DNA of 63,965 nt, filler included, from Chiloscyllium plagiosum (taxonomy: Eukaryota), in NCBI RefSeq assembly GCF_004010195.1. It is 4 parts of one record of this genome, joined end to end, with 100 filler letters (N's around TTAATTAATTAA, not from the genome) between each part and the next. Parts side by side here need not be neighbours in the genome. Positions count along the whole stretch, not along the records: positions 1 to 31,651 come from NC_057716.1; 3 more parts are not named here. One strand, given 5' to 3'. Of the stretch, positions 12,470-25,872 are shown in pieces (the stretch's first letter is position 1; every line of letters starts with the position of its first letter). The translations under genes and the position numbers were made by a program. Below the pieces are notes generated by a model that saw only the letters and a list, made by a program, of their open reading frames with translations, searched no databases and had not been told where the DNA came from.

Positions 12470-14710
12470 AAAGAACAAAGAACAAAGAAAATTGACAGCC
12501 CAGGAACAGGCCCTTCAGCCCTCCAAGCCTGAGGTGATCCAAATCCACTCTCTAAACCTGTTGGTCAATTCCTAAGCATTTGTATCCCACTGCTCCCCAC
12601 CTACTCATGTATCTGTCCAGACGCATCTTAAATGAATCTACCATGCCTGCATCTACTACCTCTGCTGGCAACACATTCCAGGCAACTACCATCCTCTGTG
12701 TAAAGTAATTGCCGCATGTTTCCCACTTAAACTTTTCACTTCTCATCTTGAAAGTGTGACCTCTCGTTATTGAATCCTTCACCCTGGGAAAAAGCTTATC
12801 TCTATCTATCCTGTCTAAACCCTTCATGATTTTGTAGATCTCAATCTGGTCCCCCGTCAATTTCCTTTTTTCGAATGAAAACAATCCTAACCTACTCAAC
12901 CTCTCTTCATAGCTAGCACATTTCATACCAGGCAAAATCTTCATAAACCTTCTCTGCACCCTTTCCAAAGCGCCCACATCCTTTTGGTAATGTGGCGACC
13001 AGAACTGTACGCAGTATTCTAAATGCGGCCAAACCAATGTCGTGTACAATTTTAACATGACCTGCCAGCTCTTATACTCAATACCCCGTCCAATGAAGGC
13101 CTGCATACCAGATACCTTCTTGACCACTCTATCCACCTGTGCAGTACCCTTCAGTGTACAATGGACCTGATCTCGCAGATCTCTCTGCTCATCAACCTTT
13201 GAAGAGAGAAACTCCCTTCAACTACTACTCTCTGTCTCCTGTTGCTCAACCAGTTCTTTATCCACCTAGCTAGAATACCCTGCACACCATGTGACTTCAC
13301 TTTCTCCATTAGTTTACAATGGGGAACCTTATCAAACGCCTTACTAAAGTCCATGTACATGACATCTACAGCCTTTCCTTCATCTATCAACTTGGTCACT
13401 TCCTGAAAGCACTCTATTAAGTTGGTAAGGCATGATCTCCCACGGACAAAACCATGTTGCCTATCACTGATAAGCCCATTATTTTCCAAATATAAATAGA
13501 TTTTCTCCCTCAGTACCTTCCCCAGCAACTTTCCCACCACTGATATCAGGCTCACTGGTCTGTAGTTAATGGAATATACTACCCTTCTTGTACAGGGGGA
13601 CAACATGAGCAACCCTCCAGTCCCCTGGCACCTCCCCTGTATTTAAGGATGCTACAAAAATATCAGTCAGGGCTCCAGCTATTTCCTCTCTCGCCTCTCT
13701 CAGCAACCTGGGATTTGTTCACCTTAATAACCTCTAGCCTATCCAACAAATCTTCCCTACTTATGTCAACGTGATCCAGAGTAATCAAACTTCTATCTCT
13801 AATCTCAACATCCATCATGTTCCTCTCCTCAGTGAACACTGATGCAAAGTAATCATTCAGAATCTCACCCATTCTCTCAGGTTCGACACACAGCCTTCCT
13901 TCGTTATCCTTTAGTGGACCAATCCTTTCTCTAGTTCCCCTCTTGCTTCTTATATAAGAATAAAAGGCTTTGGAATTCTCCTTAATTCTACTCGCGAAAG
14001 CTATTTCATGACCCCTTTTAGCCCACTTGATTCCTTGTTTAAGACTTGTCCTACTCTTCCGATATTCCTCCAGGGCCCGTTCTGTTCTTAGCTGCCTGGA
14101 CCTTATGTATGCTTCCCTTTTCCTCTTGGCTAGTCGTACAATTTCTCCTGTCATCCACGGTTCACAAATCTTGTCCTTCCGATCCTTTGCTTTCAATGGG
14201 ACGTGCTTATCCTGTACTATCTTTAACCTATCTTTGAAAGCCTCCCACATCTCAAATGTGGACTTCCCTTCAAATAGCTGTGTCCAATCCTCATTTCCCA
14301 GCTCCTGCCTAATTTTGATATACAGTAGCGCCTCGACGTATGAATGACCCCATTCACGAACAAATCGGTTTACGAACAGGATTGTACGTAAAATTTTGCT
14401 TCAACGTACGTACGAAATTCAAGGTACAAATGAAGGTACGAACGCAAAAAGCCCGTGTGCGACCACATGGTTTCATTGTTCTGCGCTTGTTGAACACAAA
14501 AGCTCTCAGGCCCCGTGTGATCTCATTCAGTTCATCTTTGGCGCGTGCGCTGTGAACAGCCGTCCAAGCATTCTTACGCTATCCGAACAATGGGAAAAAT
14601 TGATTCAGTTTCGCAAACTTTTCGGTTCGCGAACCGGGTCCCGGAACGGACTAAGTTGGTAAGTCGAGGCGCTACTGTAATTGACCTTAGCCCAGTTTAG
14701 TAGTTTTAAT
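12470..14710 (-). mobile_element. CR1 LINE (TTGTTCTT-type tail) with MITE inserted near its 5' end
   Basis: ORFs 12552-13136, 13151-13612 (NYRPVSLISVVGK, QHGF, YMDFSKAFDKVPH) and 13663-14250. Confidence 0.92.
14323..14677. mobile_element. Tigger/pogo-like (Tc1-mariner) non-autonomous MITE, 355 bp
   Basis: Perfect 15-bp TIR CAGTAGCGCCTCGAC...GTCGAGGCGCTACTG, TA duplication at 14321-14322 and 14678-14679, CpG-rich interior, no ORF. Confidence 0.9.
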
Positions 14711-15225
14711 CAACATTGACTTCACTAATTTCCAAATCTCCCCTCCCCCCACCTCATCCCAGATTAGATTAGATTCCCTACAGTGAAGAAACAGGCCCTT
14801 CGGCCCAACAAGTCCAAACTGACCCTCCGAACAGTAACTCACCCAGACACATTTCCCTCTGACTAATGCACCTAACACTATGGGCAATTTAGCATGGCCA
14901 ATTCACCTAACCTGCACATCTTAGAACCAACTCAGCACCTCCTGCTTGACCTGTTCTAAGTGCCCATCGTCCTTCCCACCTACCTACTCCACCCTCCCAA
15001 CCAACATTTCACAAATACCCCATACCTGCATCCACCTATCACCTTCCCAGCCCCACTCTCCTATTTATTGCTCTGCCCCATTCTCCCCTCACATTCCTAA
15101 TGACGGGATTATGCCTGAAACGTTGACTCTCCTGCTGCTCGGATGCTGCCCGACCTGCTGTGTTATTCCAGTGCCACAACTTTTGACTCTGACTCTCCAG
15201 CATCTGCAGTCCTCATTTTCTCCCA
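14710..15225 (+). mobile_element. Penelope 3' terminus with nested SINE tail (~14760-14920)
   Basis: atcaacattgacttcactaatttccaaatctccc; degenerate hammerhead cctaatgacgggattatgcctgaaacgtt near 15096-15124. Confidence 0.75.
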
Positions 15226-15344
15226 AACGCAGGCAGGTGGGCCTAGTTTAGTTTGGGAACCTGGTCGGCATGTATGAGTTGGACCAAAGGGTCTGTTTCC
15301 ATGCTGTGTAACTCTATGACCCTATGAGTTCTCTTTAACCAGTT

Positions 15345-18280
15345 AGAATCATAGAGTCATAGAGTCCAACATCACAGATGCAGGCCCTTTGGCCCATCCA
15401 TGCTAGCCCCATTTTCCTGCACTTGGCCCATTTCCTTCTAATCCTTTCCTATCCATATATTTGTCCAAATACCTTGTAAATGTTGATAATGTACTCACTT
15501 CAACCACTTTCACTGGCAGCTCATTCCATATGCATACCACCTTCTGTGTAAAAACGTTGCCCCCCAGGGTCCCTTTTATTCTTTTCCCTCTAGCCTTAAA
15601 CTGATGCCCTCTCGTCCTCGATTCTCCAACCCTGGGAAAAAAGACTGAGTGCATTCACCCTATTTATGCCTGTCATGATCTTACACACCTCGTAAGGTTT
15701 CCCCTCAGTCTCCCTATGCTCGAAAGAGAAAAGTCATAGCTTGTCCAACCTCTTCGTATAACTCAGGCTATTGAGTCCAGGCAACATCTTTGTAAATTTC
15801 TTCTGCATTCTTTTTAGCTTAATAACATCTTTCCTATAACAAGGTGACCAAAACTGAACATAATACTCCAAGTGCGGCCTCACCAATGCCCTGTACAACT
15901 AAGACATAACTTCCCAAATTCTATACTCAATGTCCTGACTGATGAAGGCAAATGTGTCAAAAGCCCCCTTCACTGCCCTGTCTACCTGGGTCTTCACTTT
16001 CAGAGAACTGTGCAGCTGAACTCCAAGAACATTTTGTTCCACTCTATTCCTTAAGGCCTGCCCATTCACTATGAAACTCCTACCTTGATTTGACTTTCCA
16101 AAATGCAACACCTCACACTTGTCAATATTAATCTCCATTTGCCATTTCTCGGCCCACTTCCCCAGCTGATCAAGGTCCTGCTGCAATTTCTGATCATTTT
16201 CCTCACCATCCATGATAACCACCTATTTCAGTGTCATCTTGCAAACTTGCTAATCATGTCTTGTACATTCTAATCCAAATCATTGATGTCGATAACAAAC
16301 AGCAACAGGCCCAGCACCAACCCCTGAGGCACTCCACTCATCACAGGCCTCCAGTCCGATAAGCATCCTTCCATTACCCTCTGCTTCCTACCATCAAGCC
16401 AATTGTGTATCCAATTTGTCAGCTCCCCCTGGATTACATGCAATCTAACCTTCCAGAGCAGCCTACCATGTGGAATCTTATCAGAGGTTTTTAGGAAATC
16501 CATACAGACTACGTCTTCCACTCTGCACTCGTCAACCTTCCTGGTCACTTCATCAAATAACTCTAACAAGTTTGTGAGGCATGATCTCCCACGCACAAAG
16601 CCATGATGACTATTCTTAATCAAACCCTGTCTTTCCAAATCTTATCTCTCAGAATCTTCTCAAGTAACTTACCCCCCCACAGATGTTGTGCTTACTGGTC
16701 TATAGTTCCCAGGTTTTTCTTTGTAGCCCTTCCAGCTCCTCACCTATGGCTATCGATAATGCAAAAATATCGGCCTGGGCCCCCACAATTTCTTCTCTAC
16801 CTTTTTGCAGTGTTCTTGGATATATCTGGTAGTGAGGACAAGGAGACTTATCCACCATCATACATTCTAATACATCCAACACCTCCTCTACTGTGATTTG
16901 GGCTGTTACCAAGATGTCACCACTAACTTTCCCAAGTTCTCAAGTCTTCATATCTTTCTCTATGGTAAACACAGAGGAGAAATATTCATTGAGAACCTCA
17001 CCCATCTCCTGCTGTTCTCCATATGCATGTTCACTTTGGCCCTTCAGGTACCCTATTCTTTCTCCTTTAATATACTTAAAATACTTCTATGGATTCACCC
17101 TAGTCTTCTCAACTGAGGCTATTTCATGCCATCTTTCTACCCTCCTGATTTCCTTCTGCATTAAATTCCTGTATTCCCTGTATACCTTCAGGTATTCCCT
17201 TGATCCCAGCTCCTTGTACCTGAGCCACACCTCCTTCTTTTTTCTGGTCAAAGCCTTAATATCTCTTGTCATCCAGGGTTCCCTATTCCTGCCAACCTTG
17301 CCTTTCACCCTGACACAAACATATAAACTTTGAACTATAGCTGTCTCACTTTTAAGGGCCTCCTACTTGCAAGAGGTCCCTGTGCTGCAAGCAAACTACT
17401 CCAACTAACCCCTGCAAACTCCTGTCTAATTCCATCAAAATTCACCTTGCCCCAAATTAAAACTTGAACCTGTGGACCAGTTTTGTCCCTCTCTAACTAT
17501 TTTAAAATTAGTAAAACTACCACCAACATAGTCCTTGTTTTTAACTTTTTTCCTATAATCACTCTGCAGGACCTTGTCCCTATTTCTACCTATGTCATTT
17601 GTGCTAATGTGCACAATGACTTCTGGTTGCTCTTTTCCCCCACCCCCACCTTAGAACGTTCTGCTGCTCTGAGACTCTGGCACCAGGGAGGCAACATATC
17701 ATACCGTTTGCAGCCACAGAATCTCCTATCTGTCCCCCTAACTAACAAGTCTCCTATCACTAAGGTTCTGTTTACCTTTACCCTTTCCCACTGTGCCCCA
17801 GAGCCTGTCACTGTGCCACTGACCTGGCTACTGTTGTTTTCCCCTGAATGGTCATCCCCCCAGCAGTATCCAAAATGGTATATTTGTTTTTGAGGGAGTT
17901 CCTGCATTATCTGCCTACTTCCTTTGCCTTTCCTGGTGGTCACCAAGCTACTGTCTGCCCACAGCTTAGATGTGACCGCATCACTAAAACCTTTACCTAT
18001 GAATTGCTCAGCACCTCGGATGATCCTGAGTGCATCTGGCTTCGGTTCTCTAATACAGTCTCCCATGAGTTGCAGCTGGGCGCACTTCTCACAGGCGTAG
18101 ATGTCAGGGACAATGGAAGTCTCCCTGAGCTCCCACATCCTGCAGGAGGAACATGCGACTGCCCTAACTGCTGCAAAACCAAAGAGGATTTGACCTGAGC
18201 TTCCCTGTGCTTTTTGCTGAGCCGCTGCTCTCTGAAGCCTCTCAAGCCAAAGCCTTGCATCTCACTCTGCGATCAAAAAT
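15345..18280 (-). mobile_element. Long decayed CR1 LINE including ORF1 remnant
   Basis: ORF2 fragments 15403-17308; ORF 17590-18138 has C.KC zinc-finger-like and LVIGD..VRGTDRRFCG (SGNH esterase-type) motifs typical of CR1 ORF1. Confidence 0.88.
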
Positions 18281-18376
18281 TTTGCAATAGCATGTTTCTC
18301 TACACCTCCACTTTCTTTTAGGTTAGACAGAGGAAGGAAGGGAGGAATGAAGGAAACACTACAGCGATGGGCCTTA

Positions 18377-18748
18377 ATTTTTTTTTATTTCAAAGATACA
18401 CTTTATTCATAAAATATTTTGATGATCTGTATAATTGGTGGTGCCATTCATAGGCGCACCTTGCATTTCTTTACATATAGAGATCGGAATTAATCATTCG
18501 TATATATTAGTCTGTATGTTTACCATCCATATATTTAGCTGAGGCTTCAGCAGAGCCCACTTACTGAGTGGGCCCCCTGTTCTTCTTTGACAGGCAGACG
18601 TTACACGGTGGTCTTTCCCCACCGCACCTTGGAGGCAGCTGCCCCAAGCTTCAGCGCGTCCCTCAACACGTAGTCCTGGACCTTGGAATGTGCCAGTCTG
18701 CAACACTCAGTCGGGGTCAACTCCTTCAGCTGGAAGATCAACAGGTTT
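18377..18748 (-). mobile_element. L1/Tx1-clade LINE 3' end
   Basis: C-terminus NLLIFQLKELTPTECCRLAHSKVQDYVLRDALKLGAAASKVRWGKTTV*, then 3' UTR with AATAAA and A-rich tail on the minus strand. Confidence 0.7.
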
Positions 18749-19900
18749 GAGGAAGTGACCAAGATGATAGACGAAGGATGGGCTGTAGATGTCATATGCA
18801 TGGACTTTAGTAAGGTGTTTGTTAAGGCTCCCATGGTAAACTAATGGAGAGAGTGAAGTCATATGGTGTGCAGGGTGTTCTAGCTAGGTGGATAAAGAAC
18901 TGGTTGAGTAACAGGAGACAGAGAGTAGTAGTTGAAGGGAGTTTCTCGAAATGGAGAAAGGTGACAGTGGTGTTCCATAGGGGTCAGTGTTGGGGCCACT
19001 TTTGTTTGGGATATACATAAATGATCTGGAAGAGGGCACTGTTGGTATGATCAGCAAGTTTTCAGATGACGCAAAGAATGGTGAAGTAGCAGAAAGCATA
19101 GGGGACTGTCAAAGAATACAGGAGGAGATAGATAGACTGGAGAGCTGGGCAGAGGGGTGGCAGATGGAGTTCAATCCAGGCAAATGTGAGGTGATGCACT
19201 TTGGGAAGTCTAATTTTAGAGTCAATTATATAGTAAATGGAAGAGCCTTGGGAAAAGTTGATGAGCAGAGAGATCTGTGAGTTCAAGTCCATTGTACCCT
19301 GAAGGTTGCTGCACAGGTGGATAGAGTGGTCAAGAAGGCATATAGTATACTTGTCTTCATTGGACGGGGTATTGCGTATAAGAGCTGGCAGGTCATGTTA
19401 AAATTGTACACGACATTGGTTAGGCTGCATTTAGAATACTGTGTACAGTTCTGGTCGCCACATTACCAAAAGGATGTGGATGCTTTGGAGAGGGTGCAGA
19501 GAAGGTTTACAAGGATGTTGCCTGGTATGGAAGGTGCTAGCTATGAAGAGAGGTTGAGTAGGTTAGGATTGTTTTCATTCGAAAAAAATGAGGAATCCTG
19601 AAGAAGGGCTCATGCCCGAAACGTTGATTCTCCTGCTCCTTGGATGCTGCCTGACCTGCTGCGCTTTTCCAGCAACACATTTTCAGCTCTGATCTCCAGC
19701 ATCTGTGGTCCTCACTTTCTCCTAGAGATAAACTTTTTCCCAGGATGAAGGATTCAAAACGAGAGGTCACACTTTCAAGGTGAGAGGTGAAACGTTTAAG
19801 GGGGATACACGCGACAAGTACTTCACACAGATGGTGGTAGGTGCCTGGAATGTGCTGCCAGCAGAGGTGGTAGAGGCAGGCACAGTAGATTAATTTAAGA
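18749..19900 (+). mobile_element. CR1 LINE with hammerhead-bearing insert (~19590-19722)
   Basis: MDFSKVF, LGPLLF, FSDD, LVRLHLEYCVQFWSP; same subfamily as 12470-14710. Confidence 0.9.
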
Positions 19901-20549
19901 TTAAGGAAAACCTATTGCAATCATATATAATCTTGGTGAGATTGCTGTGGGATATTGACCCAGTGACAGTGAGGGGATAGTCAAGTCAAGAAGGGGGTAT
20001 GACATAAAGAGGAACCTATGGGTTGTGATGTTATCAAGCGTCGGCTGTCTTTGTCCTTCTAGGCGGTTTGGAAGGGGGGGTCTCAGAGAATGCTCTCAGA
20101 GAATTCTCAGGTGAGTTGCTGCATCACATTTTGTATGTAATACATCATGTTGCCACTGTATGACAGTATTGGGGGGGGAATGAATGTTGAAGTTGGTGGA
20201 TGAGGAACTGATGACGTGGGCTGCTTTGTTCTGGATTGTGTCAAGCTTCTAAAAATGTTGTTGGAACTGTACTCATCCAGGGAAGGATGTGTATTTCATC
20301 ACACTCCTGACTTATGCCTTCTTAATGATGGACAGACTTCTATGAGTCAGGAGATGAGTTGCCCATCACAGAATTTCCAACCTTTGATCCTGCTCTTCTA
20401 GCCTCAGTATTTATATAAGCACATGAATATTCCCAGCATGGAGGATATGAACCAAGGGTAGGGAGAAAGGATTAGTTTAATGTGGTGTCATGTTCGGCAC
20501 AACATCATGGGCCAAAGGGTCCATTCCTGTGCTGTACTGTTTGACATCC

Positions 20550-21320
20550 TAGGATATTTCCCCAGGCTGGTGAGTCTGGAACCATAGACTCAGGGCACGA
20601 GAGCATTTTGAACAGAGCCAAGGAGGCATTTCTTCACTCGGAGGGTGGTAAATCTCTGGAATGCTCTACCCCAGGGAAGTGTGGAAGCTCAGCCATTGAG
20701 CAGCTTTAAGGCAAAGATTGATAGGTTTCTAGTTACTAATGACATCAAGGGATATCAAGATAGCGCAGGAAGGTGGTGATGAGGTAGATGAACAGCTGTG
20801 ATCTAATTGAACGGTGGGCTACACTTGATGAGCTGAGTGACCAACACTTGTTCCTAGCTTTCTAAGCCTGAATGGTGTACAGAAACATAGGGTATTGGAT
20901 ATAGAGTAATAGAGCAATACAGTGTGGAAACAGACCTTTGTTTCAAGACGTTCCTGATGAAGGGCTTTTGCCTGAGACGTCAATTCTCCTGCTCCTCGGA
21001 TGCTGCCTGACCTGCTGTGCTTTTCCAGCTCCCCAATCTCGAATCTGATCTCCAGCATCTGCAGTCTTCACTTTCTCCTTCATTTCAATTTGTCCATGCT
21101 GACCAGGATTCCCAAACTAAACTCGTCCCATTTGCTTGCGTTTGACTCATATCACTCTTAAACTTTTCTATTCATGTACCTGTCCAAATATTTTTTTAAT
21201 GTTGTAACAGTACCTGCCTCTACTACTTCCTCTGGCAGTTCATTCCATATATGCATCACACCTACGTGAAAGAGTTGTCCCTCAGGTCCATTTTAAATCT
21301 AACCCCTCTCACCTTAAACC
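20550..21320. mobile_element. Two CR1 3' fragments (+ 20550-20860; - 20900-21320), the second with a hammerhead-bearing insert at ~20951-21078
   Basis: ttcttcactcggagggtggtaaatctctggaatgc; antisense ttcctctggcagttcattccat. Confidence 0.75.
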
Positions 21321-21610
21321 AATCCTCCGAAGAGCATCCCACCTATCCCCCTACCCTTTCCCTGTTACCTAGTATTTCCCAAGGCTAACACTAGCCCACA
21401 CAACTCTGAACACGATGGATAATTGAGCATGGCTAATTCACCTAACCTGCATATCTTTAGACTGTGAGAGGAAACCAGAAAACCCAGTGGAAACCCACAC
21501 TGACACGGGAGAATGTCCAAACTCCACACAGACAGTATCCCGAGGATGGAATTGATCCTGGGTGTCTGGTATTGTGAGACAGCAATGCTAATCATCGTGC
21601 CACCGTGCTG
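21320..21610 (-). mobile_element. HE1-like V-SINE
   Basis: Antisense core ggaaacccacactgacacgggagaatgtccaaactccacacagacag. Confidence 0.85.
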
Positions 21611-21880
21611 CACAATTCTATTTGATGGGGAAAGCTGAACACAGCAGAACACATCACTCTTTGTGCTGAAACAAAACAATTTTGTCAATCTAAATCCAGA
21701 AAAAGCCCTCATCCACTTTTGCCAAAGGTAACAAAGGACTCCATGTTGAAGCAAGAGGTTACTTCACTTGTGACAAAACCCACAAGCTGACACTTAGGAA
21801 TGGTCCCTGTTTGAAAATATCAACATCTGGCAGAGTTACCATTGACTAAATACTCAACTGGACTCGTCGTATAAATAGTT

Positions 21881-22089
21881 GAGAGAAAGTGAGGGCTGCA
21901 GATGCTGGAGATCAGAGCTGAAAATGTGTTGCTGGAAAAGCGCAGCAGGTCAGGCAGCATCCAAGGAACAGGAGAATCGACGTTTCGGGCATAAGCCCTT
22001 CTTCAGGGCTTATGCCCGAAACGTCAATTCTCCTGTTCCTTGGATGCTGCCTGACCTGCTGCGCTTTTCCAGCAACACATTTTCAGCTC
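21881..22089. mobile_element. Fold-back Penelope-terminus mini-element
   Basis: 85-bp inverted arms 21915-21999 and 22005-22089 with one mismatch; minus-strand hammerhead core 21979-22006. Confidence 0.9.
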
Positions 22090-22380
22090 ATCATATAAAT
22101 ACAATGGCTACAAGAGCAGGTCAGAGGCAAGGAATATCTCAGCGAGTAACTCACCTCATGACTCCCCATAGTTTATTCACCATCAACAAAGCACAAGTCA
22201 GGAGTGTGATAGAATGTTCCCCATTCACCTGGATGCAGCTTAAACAACATTCTCGAAGCCTAATACCATCCAAGACAAAGCAGCCTGCTCGCACCACATC
22301 CACAAACATATATATCCTCCATTACTAACACTCAGTAACAGCGTTGTATACTATCTACAAGATGCACTGTGAATTATCTT
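22090..22380 (+). mobile_element. Old CR1-group LINE RT C-terminal fragment; related antisense pieces near 20000-20400, 27130-27870 and 29040-29330
   Basis: NKAQVRSVIECSP.TW motif; VPQDSVLSP.IFSC.INDFP at 29012-29242. Confidence 0.6.
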
Positions 22381-22429
22381 GCACTATCTACAAGACACAT
22401 GAAAAATTAACTTTTTCATACAATGTGTA

Positions 22430-23200
22430 GACTAGATTCCCTCCAGTGTGGAAACAAGCCTTCAGCCAGCAAGTCCACTCTGAGCCTTCAAAGACTAGCC
22501 CACCTAGACTCATTTCCCCCTTACGAATGCACCTAACACTATGGGCAATTTAGCATGGCCAAATCACCTGACCTGGTTTTTGGGAGGAAACCAGAGCACC
22601 CAGAGGAAACCCAAGCAGGCATGGAGAGAATGTACAAACTCCACACAGACAGTTGCCCGAGGTGGGAATCAAACCCGGGTCCCTGGCACTGTGAGGCGGC
22701 AGTGCTAACCACCGAGCCACTACACCGCCCATGGCATGGAGTAGCTAGAAAATGGAGTGCATTGGAAATGTGGTGGAGGCGGATTCATTTGAGGTATCAG
22801 ATGATTATTTGGATAGAAATAAGGGGAGATCAAATTGGGATCTTCAAGATGATAAAAGATGTGGATAAAATAGGGGCGGCACGGTGGCTCAGTGGTTCGC
22901 ACCGCTGCCTCACAGCACCAGGTACCCGGGTACGGACACTTGGGCGACTGTCGGTATGGAGTTTGCACATTCTCCCCTTGTCTGCATAGGTTTCCTCTGG
23001 GTGCTCCAGTTTCCTCCCGCAGTCCAAAGACGCGCAAGTTAGGTGAAGTGGCCCTGCTAAAATTGCCTGGTGTTCAGGGATGTATAGGGGTAACTGTAGA
23101 GTAATAGGGTCGAAGTATGAGTCTAGATGGGTTACTCATCAGAGCGTCGGTGTGGACTTGTTGGGCTAAATGGCCTGTTTCCACACTGTAGGGATTCAAT
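22430..23200. mobile_element. Two divergent V-SINEs (- 22430-22730; + 22874-23200)
   Basis: tRNA-like heads (ggcggcacggtggctcagtgg) and V-core in opposite orientations. Confidence 0.88.
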
Positions 23201-24099
23201 ATGGAATGGATGATTCCTCTTGTAGGGCATTCGAGGACTATGGATAAGGGGTAGAAAATTTAAAACAGAGTAGAGGAGAAGCTACTTCTCCAAATGGTTG
23301 CGAATCTGTGGAATTCACTACCCCAAAGTATGGTGGATGCTTGGACAGTGAGTAAATTTAAGAAATAATTAGACAGATTTTTAATTAGCAATGAATTGAA
23401 GGGATATGGAGAGAAGGCAGGAAAATGGGGGTGAGGGGCATATCAGCCATGATCGAATGGTGGAGCATATTCAATGGGCCGAATGGCCTAATTCTGCTCA
23501 TACACCTTATGAACTTATAAATGGTGTGCAGTGAAAAGGGGGAAAAGCAGGAGGTTGGCAATAGATAATAGAATTGGTGCATTTATTGCCCGAGAAAGCA
23601 GTTAAAAGTCAATCACACTGTTGTTGGTCTGGAGTCAGATGGCAAGATAAGGATAATAAGTTTCCTTCCCTGAAAGTCATTAGTGAATCAGATGGGGTTT
23701 AACACTAATCAACATGATCACCAGTAGACTAGCATTTTAATTCCAAACTTTCATTAATTTCAAATTTCACCATAGCGGGACTGCAACCCGTATCTTCAGA
23801 GCATTAGTCTTAATTACTAGATTACTACTGTAATGGTACTACCACTACATCATTAACTCTATCCAATGTCATTGCTTGAGATTCTGTAGGACTGGTTGCT
23901 GAACAATTTCAGATGCAGGTGGATGGAAAGCATATATCCTATTTACTAAGTATCCCTTTCACTAATCAGATACTGAGCGAGATATGTATCGATAGTGAAA
24001 GAACTGCAAATAGGGCATGTGAAAAATTTGCAGATTAAGTTCTCAGACTTCACTTCAAGATAGAGGTGAAGTTTGAGTGACTCTTTTAAAGTAAATTAC

Positions 24100-24480
24100 T
24101 TTAAAATACATCTACACGTTTAAAGATTCTAACTAAGGTGATGAGTTTTTATTGAAAGACAGTACATATTCATGAAAACAGCAGATGATTTGTCCTGTAT
24201 CCTGGTGGGCAGGTCTAAAGATGGAAGTGTAGTTTTCGTTGAAGAGGTGGAAGTCTTCATATTGATAACAACCTCTACACTACCGAGAGCAATGCAACAA
24301 GTGACTGAATCCAGAGATGCACAGAAATCTGATGAGTAACATGCTCAAGTCAGACAGAACTACAGCAAGGGATAGTTATGATACAATCCCGTTGTTGGAC
24401 AGTACTGTGAACAGAGAGAGGAGTCAGTCACTAAAGGAAATGTAGCGTCTTCTGATGCTGAGGGGGGAGTGCTAATCCCA
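24100..24480 (+). mobile_element. Possible highly decayed Gypsy integrase C-terminus and polypurine tract
   Basis: GDEFLLKD-like and gtcctgtatcc (PVS)...aaagatggaagtgta (KDGSV) traces, then GAGGGGGGAG|TG near 24460-24471; weak. Confidence 0.3.
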
Positions 24481-25693
24481 ATGAAACTGTGACGGAGAAG
24501 CAAGCTTAATCAACAAAGTTCTTAAAAACTGTTAGTCATCAGCCGAGGCTGGGAGGTTTGGAAATGGAATCTGTTTTGATGCATGAGCAGACAAGTTTGT
24601 AAAATATTCAGCAAATATGAATTCAGACTTGACATGTTAATGATTTCCTGTTTTGAAATGGAATTTTTTTGCTCTTCATTTACAGGGGATAATGTATTGC
24701 TCGAGGGGTGGGCATTAACTGTTATATAGTCAGGAGTCTTTTAATTCAGCTCAATCCTGTTGGGTGTCATGCAGCAGTGAACAGTTTTTGTGAATTTTAA
24801 GCTTTTTTGTTTTTGCTTGCATCATAAGGAAGAGGCTGGAGTTTTTCAAGAAGCTGGAGAAAAGACATTTATTGATCAAGTTTTTAGGTAAGTTGAATAA
24901 TCAACGTGCTCTGTCAAAGGTCTTTCTCCTTAAACTAGGATAATTTGCTGATTGTAAAGAAGTAGTCAGTCAAGAGACTCTGGCTAGTTAACTTTCCTTC
25001 ACAACTTTCTCTTAGCTTTCTGAAAAAAAACACACACAATCCAAGAAAATTGAATGCAAAAATAAGGAAGTCTTAGTCAACCTGGTTTGGTTTTAGTGAG
25101 AGGATAGTGTTCTTTTCTTTTTCCTATTTATTCATGGGATGTGGTGTCTTTGGCTAGGCCAGCATTTATTGCCCATCCCTAATTGCCCAGAGGGCAGTTA
25201 AGAGTCAAATACATCCTGGAGAGGGTGCAAAGACCTTTGTTAGAATGAGACGAGGGTCTTCAACTGTGTGTAAGGACTGGAGAAGGTGGGATTGTTCATT
25301 TTGGGCAGGGAAGGTTGAGAAGACCCTGAACAGGAGAATCTGGACTCATGGGGAGTTTGACAGGACAGGGTTTCCTCTGGTGATTGGGCAGTTAACCAGA
25401 GGTTCTGGGCTTTAAAGTAATTGGTAATTGGAGCAGAGGAAAATGAGACTCGGGTTCACTCAGAAGGTTGTTAAGACCCTGAACGTATGATCTGATAGAG
25501 TGCTGGAGGCAGCTTGCAGAGGTACTTTGAAAAAACAATTGGATATGCACTGGAACACATTAACCAACAGGTGAATGTGATTTTCCACTATGTGGCAAAA
25601 ACTGAGGGGTTGGACAGATTGGATGTGATTGCTAAAGAGCTGTCATAGGCATAATGGAATGAATGGCCTCTGTCTGGGCTAAAAGTAAAATTA

Positions 25694-25872
25694 GAGCTTA
25701 AAAATGTGTTGCTGGAAAAGCGCAGCAGGTCAGGCAGCATCCAAGGAGCAGGAGAATTGACGTTTCGGGCACAAGCCCTCTCCTGTTCCTTGGATGCTGC
25801 CTGACCTGCTGCGCTTTTCCAGCAACACATTTTTAAGCTCTGATCTCCAGCATCTGCAGTCCTCACTTTCTC
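25694..25872. mobile_element. Fold-back Penelope-terminus mini-element with TSD
   Basis: Inverted arms gagcttaaaaatgtgttgctgg.../...ccagcaacacatttttaagctc; flanked by ctaaaagtaaaatta (25679-25693) and ctaaaagcaaaatta (25873-25887). Confidence 0.88.
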
